A DNA stretch of 64,000 nt from positions 17,300,001 to 17,364,000 of the forward strand of contig OZ076409.1 of assembly GCA_964187785.1 (NCBI GenBank), in the 5' to 3' direction. The first letter of the stretch is position 1, and each line of letters opens with the position of its first letter. The position numbers and the translations under genes were made by a program. Below the pieces are notes generated by a model. That model worked only from the letters and a program-made list of their open reading frames with translations. It was not told the DNA's origin and did no database searches. Origin of the DNA: Amphiscolops sp. MND2022 (taxonomy: Eukaryota). Shown here piece after piece: positions 11,695 to 35,100 of this stretch.

Positions 11695-11963
11695 TGAGCA
11701 TTGAGAAATTTTGAAGCCAAGTGGAAATTGGGACAAATATAAGATAATTTGATGCTACAGAAATTGTTTCAAATATTTTTTTCAAAGATCAAGAATACAT
11801 CACAGGGTCCAAAAATATCCTGTAACACCAATGTTTTGAAGCGTAATGAGCGACTGACTATGAGCGGCTTCAAAATGATTCCAGACTTTTTTGCTCGTTG
11901 TGTGCCCAGTTCCTTTCTTCAACATGTTGACCTAATGATATCTCAGTGATTCAGATTTCTTTC

Positions 11964-23078
<11,115 letters not shown>

Positions 23079-23274
23079 TTGAATCTTTGGTTGTCAATTT
23101 CAAACAATAGTTAGTATTGATGATACGTGATTATAAGTGCTTTGTTTTCAATTGTTTTTTTTGTTTTACAATTTAATTCTTTTTAATGTCATCGTCTTTT
23201 TTCAAAGTTCATGTATCGTGAAAATTATCGCTACTTCCTGTGACTATCAAGAGCCTTCTCTGTTCATGCTAGGT

Positions 23275-24848
23275 TTTTTAGTCAGCGCTTTCGATAGAAA
23301 ACGCAGACCATAGCAGTAGCTTTAAACTGCGAACCAACTGATTCTTTAAATTTCCTTATCGCCTGCCTCTTGTCCTGTCTAGTGGTTGGCGCGTGTGTCG
23401 GTTCATGGGCTGGGAAGCAGGAGTTCATCTGTTCGAATCCTGTGCTGGTCTAAAAATTTTTACGTTTTCATAGTTGACTTCGTTGACCTTTGGGTTTTTC
23501 GGCACTGTGCGACTTTTCTGGGAAAAAAACTTTCATTCACCAAAGAGTTCATTGATTTTTTTGATGTTTTCAGCGAGGAAAGTATTTTATCCGAAAGGGA
23601 TTCCCTTTGTTTTCGGCAGTGTGTCACTTTTATCGAATTTTTTTCAAATTTGGGATTTCTGATGTTTTTCAGTACTGTGAAGTTGATCAGAGTGTCTGCA
23701 AGATTGTCGTTTTCTGAAAGCATTTTCAAAAGGCTGCTTTTTTTAGTTGACGAATTTTTTAAATTTGACTTTTAATCACTCTGGAAGAATCAATCTGTTT
23801 TTTAGTTCGAAAAAAATGCACGAGTCTTACAGTGGCTAGTTTTTTTTCGTCAGTTCAACGCGATCGTTTCACTTTTTTGTTCATTTGTTCAACATCATCA
23901 ACTTTAACTTAGGACCTCCAAAACATACTCGAAACGCAAGAACCTCGTCCAAAACAAAAACATCGACAACCAGAACCTCGAAAACATAGGACCCCCCCCC
24001 CTTGGTGTTTTTAGTCGGCGTTTTCGAAGAAAATCCCGACTCTTACAGTGGCTACTTTTTTCTCGTCAGTTCAACGCGATCGGTCCACTTTTTGTTCATT
24101 TGTTCAACATCATCAACTTTAGCTACGGACCTCCAAAACATACTCGAACCGCCAGAACCTCATCCAAAACAAAAACATCGACGTCCAGAACCTCGATAAC
24201 ATAGGATCCCCCCTTTGGTGTTTTTCACTCGGATTTTTTTTCGGCACTATGCGACTTTTTTTGAAGCTTTTTGGATTCCACCAAAGGGTCTCCCCTTCAA
24301 TTTCTTAAATATTGTGCAACACAATGGATGTCAAAAAATCCCAAAAGGTCCCCCCTTTCCCCATTTTCGGCACTGTGACACTGTTCAAAGATCTCATTTT
24401 AAAATTTTTGGAAATTTATTTAATGTCTCCAAAATGTCCCCTTCAATTTTTTTGATATTTTGCGACCAACTGGAATTTCACAAAGCCCAAAGGGTCCCTC
24501 CCCCCTTTTTGCACATGACGAAGTCAATATGCATTGCAGTCCAGCTAAGTAAGTTTTTTTCCACTATAGTCAACTTCATAATGAGCGCCTTCTAGAAAAA
24601 AGCCAAAACCCCAGAGAGATTCGAACCTGCAACCTCCCGATTGCACGGCATAAGTGTTGACCACTGTGCCATAGGGACGTTATTGAACAAAGTTGAACTG
24701 TTGAATATATACGCATGCGATTAAATAATATATATACGCATATTAAAATAATCGATGTTTTCGTCATGTGTTGCGAAGCACCGCTTCGCCTCTGTGTACA
24801 ATTTTGAGCCTTAGATATAGCGCCGACTTTGGCCGTTCCTGGCTTGTT
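23275..24848 (+). mobile_element. Cluster of family A HINE-like elements (three 5' ends at ~23275, ~23800, ~24008; one 3' end at 24848)
   Basis: 5'-end motifs ttttagtc(a/g)gcg...(c/g)act..acagtggc. A ~210-bp tandem duplication (about 23800-24010 and 24010-24225). 3' gcgccgactttggccgttcctggcttgtt. tRNA-like segments at ~23360-23450 (+) and 24609-24678 (-). Confidence 0.75.
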
Positions 24849-25372
24849 ATTATTTCTGCGGTAGCAGGAATATTATTGAAATCTGAAGATGTCTACTTTT
24901 TTTCAGTACAATTCTTCGCACGATACTGAATAATTCAGATGTTTTGATCGGCAGTGACTACAAGCGTGAGAATTAAATTTCTCAAGCTGCCGACGACAAT
25001 TCGATTCTCGTGCGATGGAACGAGCGAGTGGTAATTAATCATTCGTACGCTGACGTCATTTAGATGAAGCGAGCGAATGTTCGTAATTATGCTTTCGTAT
25101 GCTTTTCGAGTTATTGAGATGAAGCGAATGAGTGTTAATTCTTCGTAAGCCGAGAGCTTCACCTGCATTCAAATGCGAATACGAAACTTCGTCTACGCTT
25201 AGTAGTTACATTTGCTTTAGTCCGAGATTTAAAGGCGGTCTAAAGTGGTACAGTGATTAATTGTGCGCTAAATAATGATTAAACAGGAGTGTATTGGTAT
25301 TCTAGATATGATTCTATTAATAATGAAAGATTAAAGCAGAAATAATAGTGTGACCCGGAGGGGCCTATTTTT
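24847..25372 (+). mobile_element. HINE-like element, family B
   Basis: Collinear with the 8328 and 17615 copies, same termini. Confidence 0.85.
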
Positions 25373-25684
25373 ATTTAACGGAAACACTGTGGGAAAAAAA
25401 AAGATTCGTAAAGCGCGTTTCAAACGAGGACTTAAAACCAGAACGTGTGGTTTCTATTCAAAGAATATAAAACTAAATTGTTTGACCAAATATGGTCTCT
25501 TTGGGGGTGCCTTGTAATCGGAGGCGTATTCTATTGGAAGAAATACGGTATGTATTATTAGTTCAGTTGGAAATCTTGCAGCTGATTCCCGGGGATCCCA
25601 TTTTTCTTTGGGTACATCAAAAAGAAGCTCTAACAGCTGAATTACTTATTGTACTCAGTATCTTTGATTGTTTTTCAGGTTTTC

Positions 25685-27457
25685 ATGATGGCTAGACAAA
25701 GCCCTGAGTTCACATTCACAGTTCGTTTTGACAGCGAAGTGTTCTATAGCCTGTTGGCTTCTCATTTAACTTCTGATAAGAAAATAACATCGTTTGGAAC
25801 CAATGACTTTGAAAAATCAGCTCAATTTGCCGACTGGTGCGATGAATTTGATATCGTTGATCACAAAAGAGGAAAACGAATAGGATCGATATCAATGAAA
25901 ACAGTAGATTCTGTGCCTCGTGATAATGAGTCTTTGGATGACATGCAGCCTTGTCAGTCTGATTCTGACGTCAATAATGAAAACGGCTTCGATTGCATTA
26001 AGACCAGTGTATTGACCTTATCGTGTTTTTAACTCAAAATTTTATCTCAACCCCTTGGATTTTATGTCAAACGAGGAATTTTGATCAAAAATTTAGGTCA
26101 ACGAAAAACCTCGAAGCCATGTTACGTATGCATTTCAACGAAGAATTTGTTCGATTTGGCACTGCGACTTTTCTGGGGAAATCCTTTCATTCACCAGAGA
26201 GTCTCCCGTTGATTTTCAGCGAGGAAAAAGCGTTTTGCTAGCCAAAAGGACTCCCTTTCCGTTTTTCGGCACTGTGCCACTTTAGTTCGGGTTTTCTGAT
26301 GTTTTTCGGTACTGTGATCAGTGTTTCAAACTCTAGTAGCAGCAGTGAAACGCTGTATTCAATATTTGGAAATTAACTTTATTGAGCCACGAATTTCAAC
26401 ACGCCCTATTTGATCGGGTTAATTTTCGTTGCCATTCAGTTCATTTTGAACCTTTTTTGATTTGTGAAATTAGGCAAATGCACTGATACAGACACCGAAT
26501 TACAATGAGACGTCAGAAAAACAACAACAGATTCTTACGAATGAGACCATCGATGAAAGTAACAGGTTTGCCCTCTTTGTGGACTACGGGCCTTCTGCCT
26601 CGAAGAATATTGGCGGCGTTGAACAAACGCCCGACACTCAGATGGAAACTAAATGCGTCCTACCAGTTCAGGTTTTGCCTCCCTCAAACCATATCATTGT
26701 TGCAAATGATTCTCAAATGAATGGTGCTCTTATTTCGCAAAATTTACAACCTGCTGACGTGCCTAATCTGAACCAGTTCCATCAACATCAAATGACGTCA
26801 CTCGATCATGCCTCTGCCCCGTCTGAAAAATCCACCCATTTGACAGCTTTTTACGAGAGCGAAGCTCAAAATGTTCTGAATAACTTGCATTCTAATAATA
26901 AAAACACTAAAACCAAAAGACACCATCCTTACTCTCCGAGCTACAAAAGCGCAGTTAGCAATGATTTGGCTTCTCAAAACAATCAGATGGATCAGAAGCT
27001 TGCCTATCGATGCAAAGATTGCAACCACGTCAGTAAAAGTTCGAAAATGTTGAAAAAGCATATCTATCATTCGCATATCCAAGCCACTTTATTCAACTGT
27101 GCTATGTGTGAATACGCAGCCACCCAAAACTGTGATTTGAGCTATCATTATGTCTCTGTTCATAAACTCGACATAGATACTGTCGCCTCTTTAATCAGGA
27201 GTTCTACTCGAGAACGAGAAAAGCATTCGTTTCCAGGAACCCAGCCGACCATAGCTGTATCTATCTCCCAAGATTCACGGAAACCATCGATATCTCAACC
27301 CAATTCTAGTGTTCAAGAACGCGGGTCTTCGGAATTGACAGAATATGTACCTTCAATAGCCTCTGCTATGCCTCTGACGAAAAACCCAGTGTTCGACGTG
27401 GTGAACACTTACGGCAGTCTAAGTGCTAATCAAGAGCCAGGAGCATCGTCTTCATGA
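25685..27457 (+). CDS. C2H2 zinc-finger protein (two fingers) with an unrecognised N-terminal domain
   Basis: Exons 25685-26008 and 26474-27457 (phase 0, GT-AG). Fingers YRCKDCNHVSKSSKMLKKHIYHSH and FNCAMCEYAATQNCDLSYHYVSVH. Exon 1 resembles exon 1 of the gene at 50943. Confidence 0.8.
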
Positions 27458-28027
27458 TATATTTTCCCTAATTTTGTCTGGTAACTAAGTTGATAAAATA
27501 TTGTATACTTGTAATCTTGTGCTTTTTTCTCAAATCTCATATTTTCCTGATATTTAATTCAGATTGTTTTAGTTCAATCAATCTTATTGCAATCTCCGCG
27601 TTGGTGTCTTTTCTAAAGAAAATCAAAGTGCCTTTTTCCTGATTTCTATATATGAAATTCAAAATATCACATGCGTCACTTCTTGCATATCATTGTATCT
27701 TTCTAATGTCCAGAGCTTGCGAATTTTGATGTGGTATGTTGAATGCGTATGACGGTGCATACATTCTAAATTTTTGTACTAGGTGTTCAAATTTAATCTG
27801 CAATTTTTCATGCAACAATTGTACCTCACTACCTAAAGTTCTTCCGCCATGTGAATTTCGATTGTTGAATTCTTTCCAGCTTCATTAATTGGAGAGCTTT
27901 CCTACCTTGTAACAGTTTGTGGGCCTGCTTTCAGGTCCATTTGTTTCTGCTCTTAGAATCTTGTTTGACTTCATCTCATGTGCAAAGATATCCGTATATT
28001 TGAGTAGTTGAAGTTAATTACTTCTTC

Positions 28028-28135
28028 AATAAAAGATAACTTAGTCATAGTGTTTGGCTTCTAGAGAGCCTTCACGCCTCCAAGAATTCGATAACTCCTA
28101 ATAACGTCACTCATTCTATCACTTTTCTCTTTCAG
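28028..28135 (+). promoter_or_regulatory. AATAAA poly(A)-type signal (28028-28033) followed ~100 nt later by a strong 3' splice acceptor (ttttctctttcag, ends 28135)
   Basis: Both motifs are read directly from the sequence, between the zinc-finger stop codon (27457) and the transketolase ATG (28178). Use in vivo is not shown. Confidence 0.5.
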
Positions 28136-28177
28136 ATTGACGTTGCTCGTGCTCTGCTTTCTGCCGTTTGAACCACA

Positions 28178-30067
28178 ATGGACAAAACTACGGAACAGAA
28201 ATTGTACAACTTGGCGGACAAGCTCCGTGCGCTGAGTATACAATGCACGAGCATGAACCCTGTGGGTAACAGTGGGCACCCGACCACATGTGCGAGCTGT
28301 GCCGAAATTGTGTCGGTGCTGTTTTTCCACCACATGAAGTACAACAAGGTCGAGAAACGGGATCCAAGCAGCGATCGATTCATCCTTTCGAAGGGTCATG
28401 CTGCGCCTATCCTGTATGCCGCCTGGGTGCTTGTTGACGACGCTCTTGCCAACGGTGGAAAACTGAAGCTCAGGGAAATGGGTTCTCACCAAACTGAGCT
28501 TGTCAACCATCTGAGAGAAACAGGGCATAAATTTGAGGGTCACCCGATTCCGAAGTTGGACTTTGTGGATGTTGCGACTGGCTCTCTGGGTCAAGGTTTG
28601 GGTTGTGGAGCCGGTATGGCCTATGTTGGGAAGTTTTTGGACAAAGCTTCCTACAAGGTTTTCTGTCTTCTTGGAGATGGAGAAACTGCCGAAGGTGCTG
28701 TGTACGAAGCTATGGCTTTCGCAGGGCATTACAAACTAAACAACTTAGTCGCTTTTGTCGACCTTAACCGATTGGGTCAGAGCCAGGCTACTATGTACCA
28801 ACACGATGTGGAACTGGTTGGAAAGAGGTGGGAATCCTTTGGATGGGATGTATCTATTGTCGATGGTCATGATGTCGTCCAAATTAATGACGCACTGAAT
28901 AAGTCTTCGGATAAACCATCTGTTCTGATTTGCAAAACATTCAAAGGAAAAGGATTCGAGGGTATTGAAGACAAGGACAACTGGCATGGGAAACCTCTGA
29001 GTGACCCAAGCAAGTTTGTTAACGCCTTGTTGGCAAAACTTCCTGAAGGAGACTTCGATGTTCCTTCCACCCCGGAACCCATGGATTCGGCTCCTTCGGT
29101 CAGCTTGGCAAATATTGATTTCTCCAAGTTCCCCATTCCTGAAGGAACCGCTAAAATGTCAACTAGAAAAGCGTATGGGATCAGTCTAGCTAGTCTGAAC
29201 AACGACAGAGTTGTTGCTTTGGATGCTGATGTGAAAAACTCAACCTTCTCAATTGATTTCATGAAAGTGCACCCCGAACGATTCGTGGAATGTTTCATCG
29301 CTGAACAGAATTTGGTCGGTGCCGCGATGGGAATGGCTTGCCGAGATAGGACAGTCGCTTTTGCAAGCACTTTTGCGGCCTTTTTCAGCCGTGCTTACGA
29401 TCACATTAGAATGGGTGCCATCTCTCTCACTAACGTCAATCTTGTGGGTAGCCACTGCGGCGTTTCGATTGGACCTGACGGACCCAGTCAAATGGCCCTG
29501 GAAGATCTGGCCATGTTCCGAGCCATTCCCAACTGCTCTGTGTTTTACCCGTCTGATGCTATTTCCATGGCAAATGCTGTCAAAATTGCGGCTAATACCA
29601 AGGGAATGTGTTTCATCCGAACCACTCGTGAAGATACAGCTCTTCTGTATCCCGTGTCTCAGAGTTTTGAAGCTGGTAAGAGCTACGTTTTGAAACAAAG
29701 TGCTTCTGACAAGTGCTTGGTCATCGCAGCTGGTATCACAATGCATGAAGCTATCAAAGCCCATGAGAAGCTTGTGGCTGAGGGGATCAATGTTAGACTG
29801 ATGGATTTGTTCTGCCTGAAGCCTCTGGACAAAAATGGAATCTTGGCTGCTGCCAAGCAATGTGGGAATAAGATTATCACTGTTGAAGATCATTATCCCG
29901 AGGGAGGCATCGGGGAGGCTGTTTCGGCCGCCCTCTCTGAGGAAACAGGAATTGTTGTGAAACGTTTGGCTGTCAGAGAGGTGCCATGCAGCGGAAAACC
30001 AGCTGAACTCATGGATAAATATAACATCAACAGTCGAGCAATTATTGAAGCTGTCAAGTCTTTGTAA
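28178..30067 (+). CDS. TKT: Transketolase, animal type, single coding exon (629 aa)
   Basis: Uninterrupted ORF with SGHPTTC, DRFILSKGHAAPILYA, DVATGSLGQGLG, GDGE (TPP binding), DNWHGKP, ECFIAEQN, SHCGVSIGPDGPSQMALED, TVEDHYPEGGIGEAV. AATAAA at 30251. Confidence 0.97.
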   Translation: MDKTTEQKLYNLADKLRALSIQCTSMNPVGNSGHPTTCASCAEIVSVLFFHHMKYNKVEKRDPSSDRFILSKGHAAPILYAAWVLVDDALANGGKLKLREMGSHQTELVNHLRETGHKFEGHPIPKLDFVDVATGSLGQGLGCGAGMAYVGKFLDKASYKVFCLLGDGETAEGAVYEAMAFAGHYKLNNLVAFVDLNRLGQSQATMYQHDVELVGKRWESFGWDVSIVDGHDVVQINDALNKSSDKPSVLICKTFKGKGFEGIEDKDNWHGKPLSDPSKFVNALLAKLPEGDFDVPSTPEPMDSAPSVSLANIDFSKFPIPEGTAKMSTRKAYGISLASLNNDRVVALDADVKNSTFSIDFMKVHPERFVECFIAEQNLVGAAMGMACRDRTVAFASTFAAFFSRAYDHIRMGAISLTNVNLVGSHCGVSIGPDGPSQMALEDLAMFRAIPNCSVFYPSDAISMANAVKIAANTKGMCFIRTTREDTALLYPVSQSFEAGKSYVLKQSASDKCLVIAAGITMHEAIKAHEKLVAEGINVRLMDLFCLKPLDKNGILAAAKQCGNKIITVEDHYPEGGIGEAVSAALSEETGIVVKRLAVREVPCSGKPAELMDKYNINSRAIIEAVKSL

Positions 30068-31454
30068 TGAGATCCAGTTGAAGATCAAACTAAACAAAAA
30101 CGGCGATTCTGTATGGACCAGTAAACTGCACTGCACAGACAAGTAGCTGAAATTGTATTGTGATGTTAAAACTGTATAAATGATGAAACTTTCACTTGAT
30201 GACTGTTGAGACTTATGATTGTGATGCAGGTATGACAGTGATGTATAGTCAATAAAAATTATTTCATTCCAGTCCTAATTGACTTACAAATTTGTGATTT
30301 TTCCGAAAAGGCAATCTCAGAAAGTACAATTATAAGCTTCATTATTTGAAAACATCAGCGGCTCGTATGTTTTATTCAGTCAACTAAAATGTTTCAATGA
30401 ACTCATCAAAAAATTATTTTGCCATTATTAACAATTGTGTTGGTCTCTATATTCTGTGGTAAAAGGTTTTTGGGCTAGAAAATTGCAGTGTGAGTTAATC
30501 TGCTGTCCAGTAAAATAATTCCAGAGTTTCTGCATCGGAATTGTTGAAAGCCATTGATGTGAAAACTATGATAGATATTTTTTATTATGGAGTCAATAGT
30601 AGTAAAGCCTCCATGCCTTTTTACTCGAAATGTTCGCAATCCAAGAGACATTGCAGCAATTTCTTGCAACTTCGATGTAGTTGATCTTAAACGTTCAAAA
30701 TTCAAGAATGGAATTCAGTTGCATAAAACAGCCAAGTACAATGTCTCGAAAGGTCTTGCAAGTTAGCAATTTGTCAAGTGTCAAGTATGGATTTGTCAAG
30801 AATTGAATCTAGTTTACAAAGGTCTGTTCTGAATTTTTTGAAAAACCCATGCTTTAATTGCTGACATTTTTGACATCTTTGGGTTTTTTCGGTTGTATGT
30901 GACTTTTTTTCTGAATTTTTTACACGAGCCCTCTTTCAATTTTTAGCAGAAACAAGGCGTTTTGCGATCATAGTGAGCCCCTTTAGAGTTTTTCGGCCTT
31001 ATGCGACTTCGTAAAATTGTTTTCTCACAATTTTTGGGTTCTTGAAGTTTTCTGTGGGAGAAAACCATTTTCCAAGCCTTTGGTGACATCTTCGGTTATT
31101 CATCGGTCTTTTGGAACCGGTGAGAGTTTCTGCAATACCTGTTGAAAAGACCTGATTTTTCGGCACTGTGCATCTTTTTCAAAAAGAAAACATTTTGTCA
31201 AAGGGTACCCCCTTTATTTTTAGTCGGCGCGTTTTCTTTTTAAGGAAAAATGCCCGACTATAGCAGTGACATTTTTTAGTCGGTGCTTTATCCTTTTAAG
31301 GAAAAATGCCCGACTATAGCAGTGACCTTTTTTTCTTCAGACTACAATCCTCACACTGATCGGTCCACTTTTTAGTAACAATCCTGAAACCAACTAAGGC
31401 CAAGTCCGGCCCAGGCAAACTTGCAAACTTAGTCCAAAGGGTCCCCCCTTTCAT

Positions 31455-32087
31455 TTTTAGTCGGCGCTTCATGAAGTGAAACGCGACTATTATAGTGACT
31501 CTTTTTTTCTATCCACACGAACTGACCAAAATAGTTCTTAAAAGTTCTACAAAATATTATGGTGTCAAATTGCACCATTTGACCTAGCGAACTGGACCAA
31601 AATGGTTTTACCTGTTTTTCCGCGTAACATACCATACCGCGCGAGACCAAAGAGTCCCCCCTTTCAATTTTTTTCGGCACTGCGAGACATTTTTTTTCGA
31701 AATTTTTTTCTCCTCAAAGGGCCCCCTGCATTTTTTTGATGTTTTGCGACAGAATGGATGTTGGAAAATCCCAAAGGGTTCCTCCTTTCAGTTTTTTTCG
31801 GCATTGTGAGATTTTTTCCCGAAAATAAAAAAAAATTTTCTTCAATTTTTTCATGTTTTGCGACAGAATGGATGTTGAAAAACCTCAAAGGGTCCCCCCT
31901 TTCAGTTTTTCGGCATTGTGAGACGTTAGCGCGCCGCTCGGTCCATTTTTTTAGTTTAATTTTTTCAAAAAAAAATTTCGAAAAATTTTTGATTTTCGAC
32001 TACTGTAAAAGAATACTTGACACTTGGAAGTTTTTTGCTATTTTTGAGCCTTGGATATGGCGCCGACTTGGACCGCTCCCGGCTTGT
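31455..32087 (+). mobile_element. HINE-like element, family A, nested; close copy of 7095-7785
   Basis: Same 5' ttttagtcggcgcttcatgaagtgaaacgcgact and 3' gcgccgacttggaccgctcccggcttgtt. Preceded by two further 5' ends at ~31218 and ~31273. Confidence 0.85.
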
Positions 32088-32199
32088 TTTTATTTAAGAC
32101 AGACTCGAAGCGACGAACGTTAACGTTCAGTATCTTCAACTCAACGAATACCCCGGAAACGCATCTAAGTTATTCCAAAGTGTCCCCCCTTTGGCTTTT

Positions 32200-35100
32200 T
32201 ACTTTTTACTTTTTCAAGGAAACCCACAAAACCGGTCCCCCCTTTGGATTTTTTTCGGCACTGTGCGACTTTTTTTCAAAATTTTTTTAATGTCCCCAAA
32301 GGGTCCCCCTTCGAGTTTTTTGATATTTTGCAACTGAATGTGTGTTAATAAATCTAGAAGGGTATACCCTTTTACATTTTTCGGCAGTATGGGACTTTTT
32401 CCAAAAAAAAAGAATTTCATTTTTTCCAAATTTCAATTTTGCGCTTTTTGAGCTTTAGATATGGCCCCCACTTTTTTCTTCAGACCACATCAATCACACT
32501 GATCGGTCCACTTTTTAGGAACATCGCTGAAACCACCTTAGGCCAAGTCCGGCCGAGGCAAACTTAGTGTAAAGGGTCCCCCTTTCATTTTTTACTTTTT
32601 TAACGTAAACTACAAAACCGGGCGAGACTAAAGGGTCCCCCCATTTGATTTGTTTTTGGCTTTGAGACTTCGAAAATTTCTTAATTATCTCCAAAGGGTC
32701 CCCCTTTGAATTTTTTGATATCTTGCAACAAAATGAAAGTTAAAAAATCCGAAATGGCTCCTTTCAGATTTTTTGGCACTATGCGACATTTTTCAAAGAA
32801 ATTTTTTGAAAAAATTCAAGTTTTATTCCAAGAAACATGTTTTGCGCTTTTTGAGCCTTAGACGTAGCGCCGACTTTAGACGTTCTCGTCTTGTTTAAAG
32901 AAGTGATGGCTCGGAAAAAGCGTTTTACGATCATAAGGTCTCCTTTTGGGTTATTCTATTCGGCACTATAAGACGTTGTTGGAAATTTTTGTGAAGGTTT
33001 TTTTTTCAAAACATGGCTTTTTCTGTGTCCAGTTCAAAGAAATATTTTCTAGTCTCAATCGGGTATTTTTGGCACTATGATAATCGAAAAGTTTCACAAT
33101 AGTTGGCCCTTGAATATTTCGAATATCTGCTTTTTTTGGTGGGCGCTTTTTGTTCAGCAAAAAATGCCCGACTCATACAGTGACCTTTTTCTTCAGACCA
33201 CAGACCTCACACTGAAAGGTTCACTTTTTACAGTAACTACTAAAACTATTGGAGCCAAGTCCGACTAGCGGAAACTTAGTGCAAAGGGTCCTCCCATTCT
33301 TTTTTTACTTTTTAAACGTGACCCACAAAACCGGTCCCCCCTTTGGATTTTTTTCGGCCTTGTGCGACTTTTTTTCAAAATTTTTTTAATGTCCCCAAAG
33401 GGTCCCCCCTTCGAGTTTTTTGATATTTTGCAACTGAATGTGTGTTAATAAATCTAGAAGGGTATACCCTTTTACATTTTTCGGCAGTATGGGACTTTTT
33501 CCAAAAAAAAGAATTTCATTTTTTCCAAATTTCAATTTTGCGCTTTTTGAGCTTTAGATATGGCCCCCACTTTTTTCTTCAGACCACATCAATCACACTG
33601 ATCGGTCCACTTTTTAGGAACATCGCTGAAACCACCTTAGGCCAAGTCCGGCCGAGGCAAACTTAGTGTAAAGGGTCCCCCTTTCATTTTTTACTTTTTT
33701 AACGTAAACTACAAAACCGGACGAGACTAAAGGGTCCCCCCATTTGATTTGTTTTTAGCTTTGAGACTTCGAAAGTTTCTTAATATCTCCAAAGGGTCCC
33801 CCTTTGAATTTTTTGATATCTTGCAACAAAATGAAAGTTAAAAAATCCGAAATGGCTCCTCTCAGATTTTTTGGCACTATGCGACATTTTTCAAAGAAAT
33901 TTTTTGAAAAAATTCAAGTTTTATTCCAAGAAACATGTTTTGCGCTTTTTGAGCCTTAGACGTAGCGCCGACTTTAGACGTTCTCGTCTTGTTTAAAGAA
34001 GTGATGGCTCGGAAAAAGCGTTTTACGATCATAGGGTCTCCTTTTGGGTTATTCTATTCGGCACTATAAGACGTTGTTGGAAATTTTTGTGAAGGTTTTT
34101 TTTCAAATCATGGCTTTTTCTGTGTCCAGTTCAAAGAAATATTTTCTAGTCTCAATCGGGTATTTTAGGCACTATGATAATCGAAAAGTTTCACAATAGT
34201 TGGCCCTTGAATATTTCGAATATCTGCTTTTTTTGGTGGGCGCTTTTTGTTCAGCAAAAAATGCCCGACTCATACAGTGACCTTTTTCTTCAGACCACAG
34301 ACCTCACACTGAAAGGTTCACTTTTTACAGTAACTACTAAAACTATTGGAGCCAAGTCCGACTAGCGGAAACTTAGTGCAAAGGGTCCTCCCATTCTTTT
34401 TTTACTTTTTAAACGTGACCCACAAAACCGGTCCCCCCTTTGGATTTTTTTCGGCCTTGTGCGACTTTTTTTCAAAATTTTTTTAATGTCCCCAAAGGGT
34501 CCCCCCTTCGAGTTTTTTGATATTTTGCAACTGAATGTGTGTTAATAAATCTAGAAGGGTATACCCTTTTACATTTTTCGGCAGTATGGGACTTTTTCCA
34601 AAAAAAAAGAATTTCATTTTTTCCAAATTTCAATTTTGCGCTTTTTGAGCTTTAGATATGGCCCCCACTTTTTTCTTCAGACCACATCAATCACACTGAT
34701 CGGTCCACTTTTTAGGAACATCGCTGAAACCACCTTAGGCCAAGTCCGGCCGAGGCAAACTTAGTGTAAAGGGTCCCCCTTTCATTTTTTACTTTTTTAA
34801 CGTAAACTACAAAACCGGACGAGACTAAAGGGTCCCCCCATTTGATTTGTTTTTGGCTTTGAGACTTCGAAAGTTTCTTAATATCTCCAAAGGGTCCCCC
34901 TTTGAATTTTTTGATATCTTGCAACAAAATGAAAGTTAAAAAATCCGAAATGGCTCCTCTCAGATTTTTTGGCACTATGCGACAATTTTCAAAGAAATTT
35001 TTTGAAAAAATTCAAGTTTTATTCCAAGAAACATGTTTTGCGCTTTTTGAGCCTTAGACGTAGCGCCGACTTTAGACGTTCTCGTCTTGTTTAAAGAAGT

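Noticed and set aside
28178..30067. Bacterial origin or contamination for the intronless transketolase
   Set aside because: Motifs and length are animal-type, and it has a splice acceptor upstream and AATAAA downstream within spliced animal genes.
28061..30142. Long antisense ORFs (222, 167 and 297 aa) over transketolase
   Set aside because: Shadow frames of a real CDS with no recognisable motifs.
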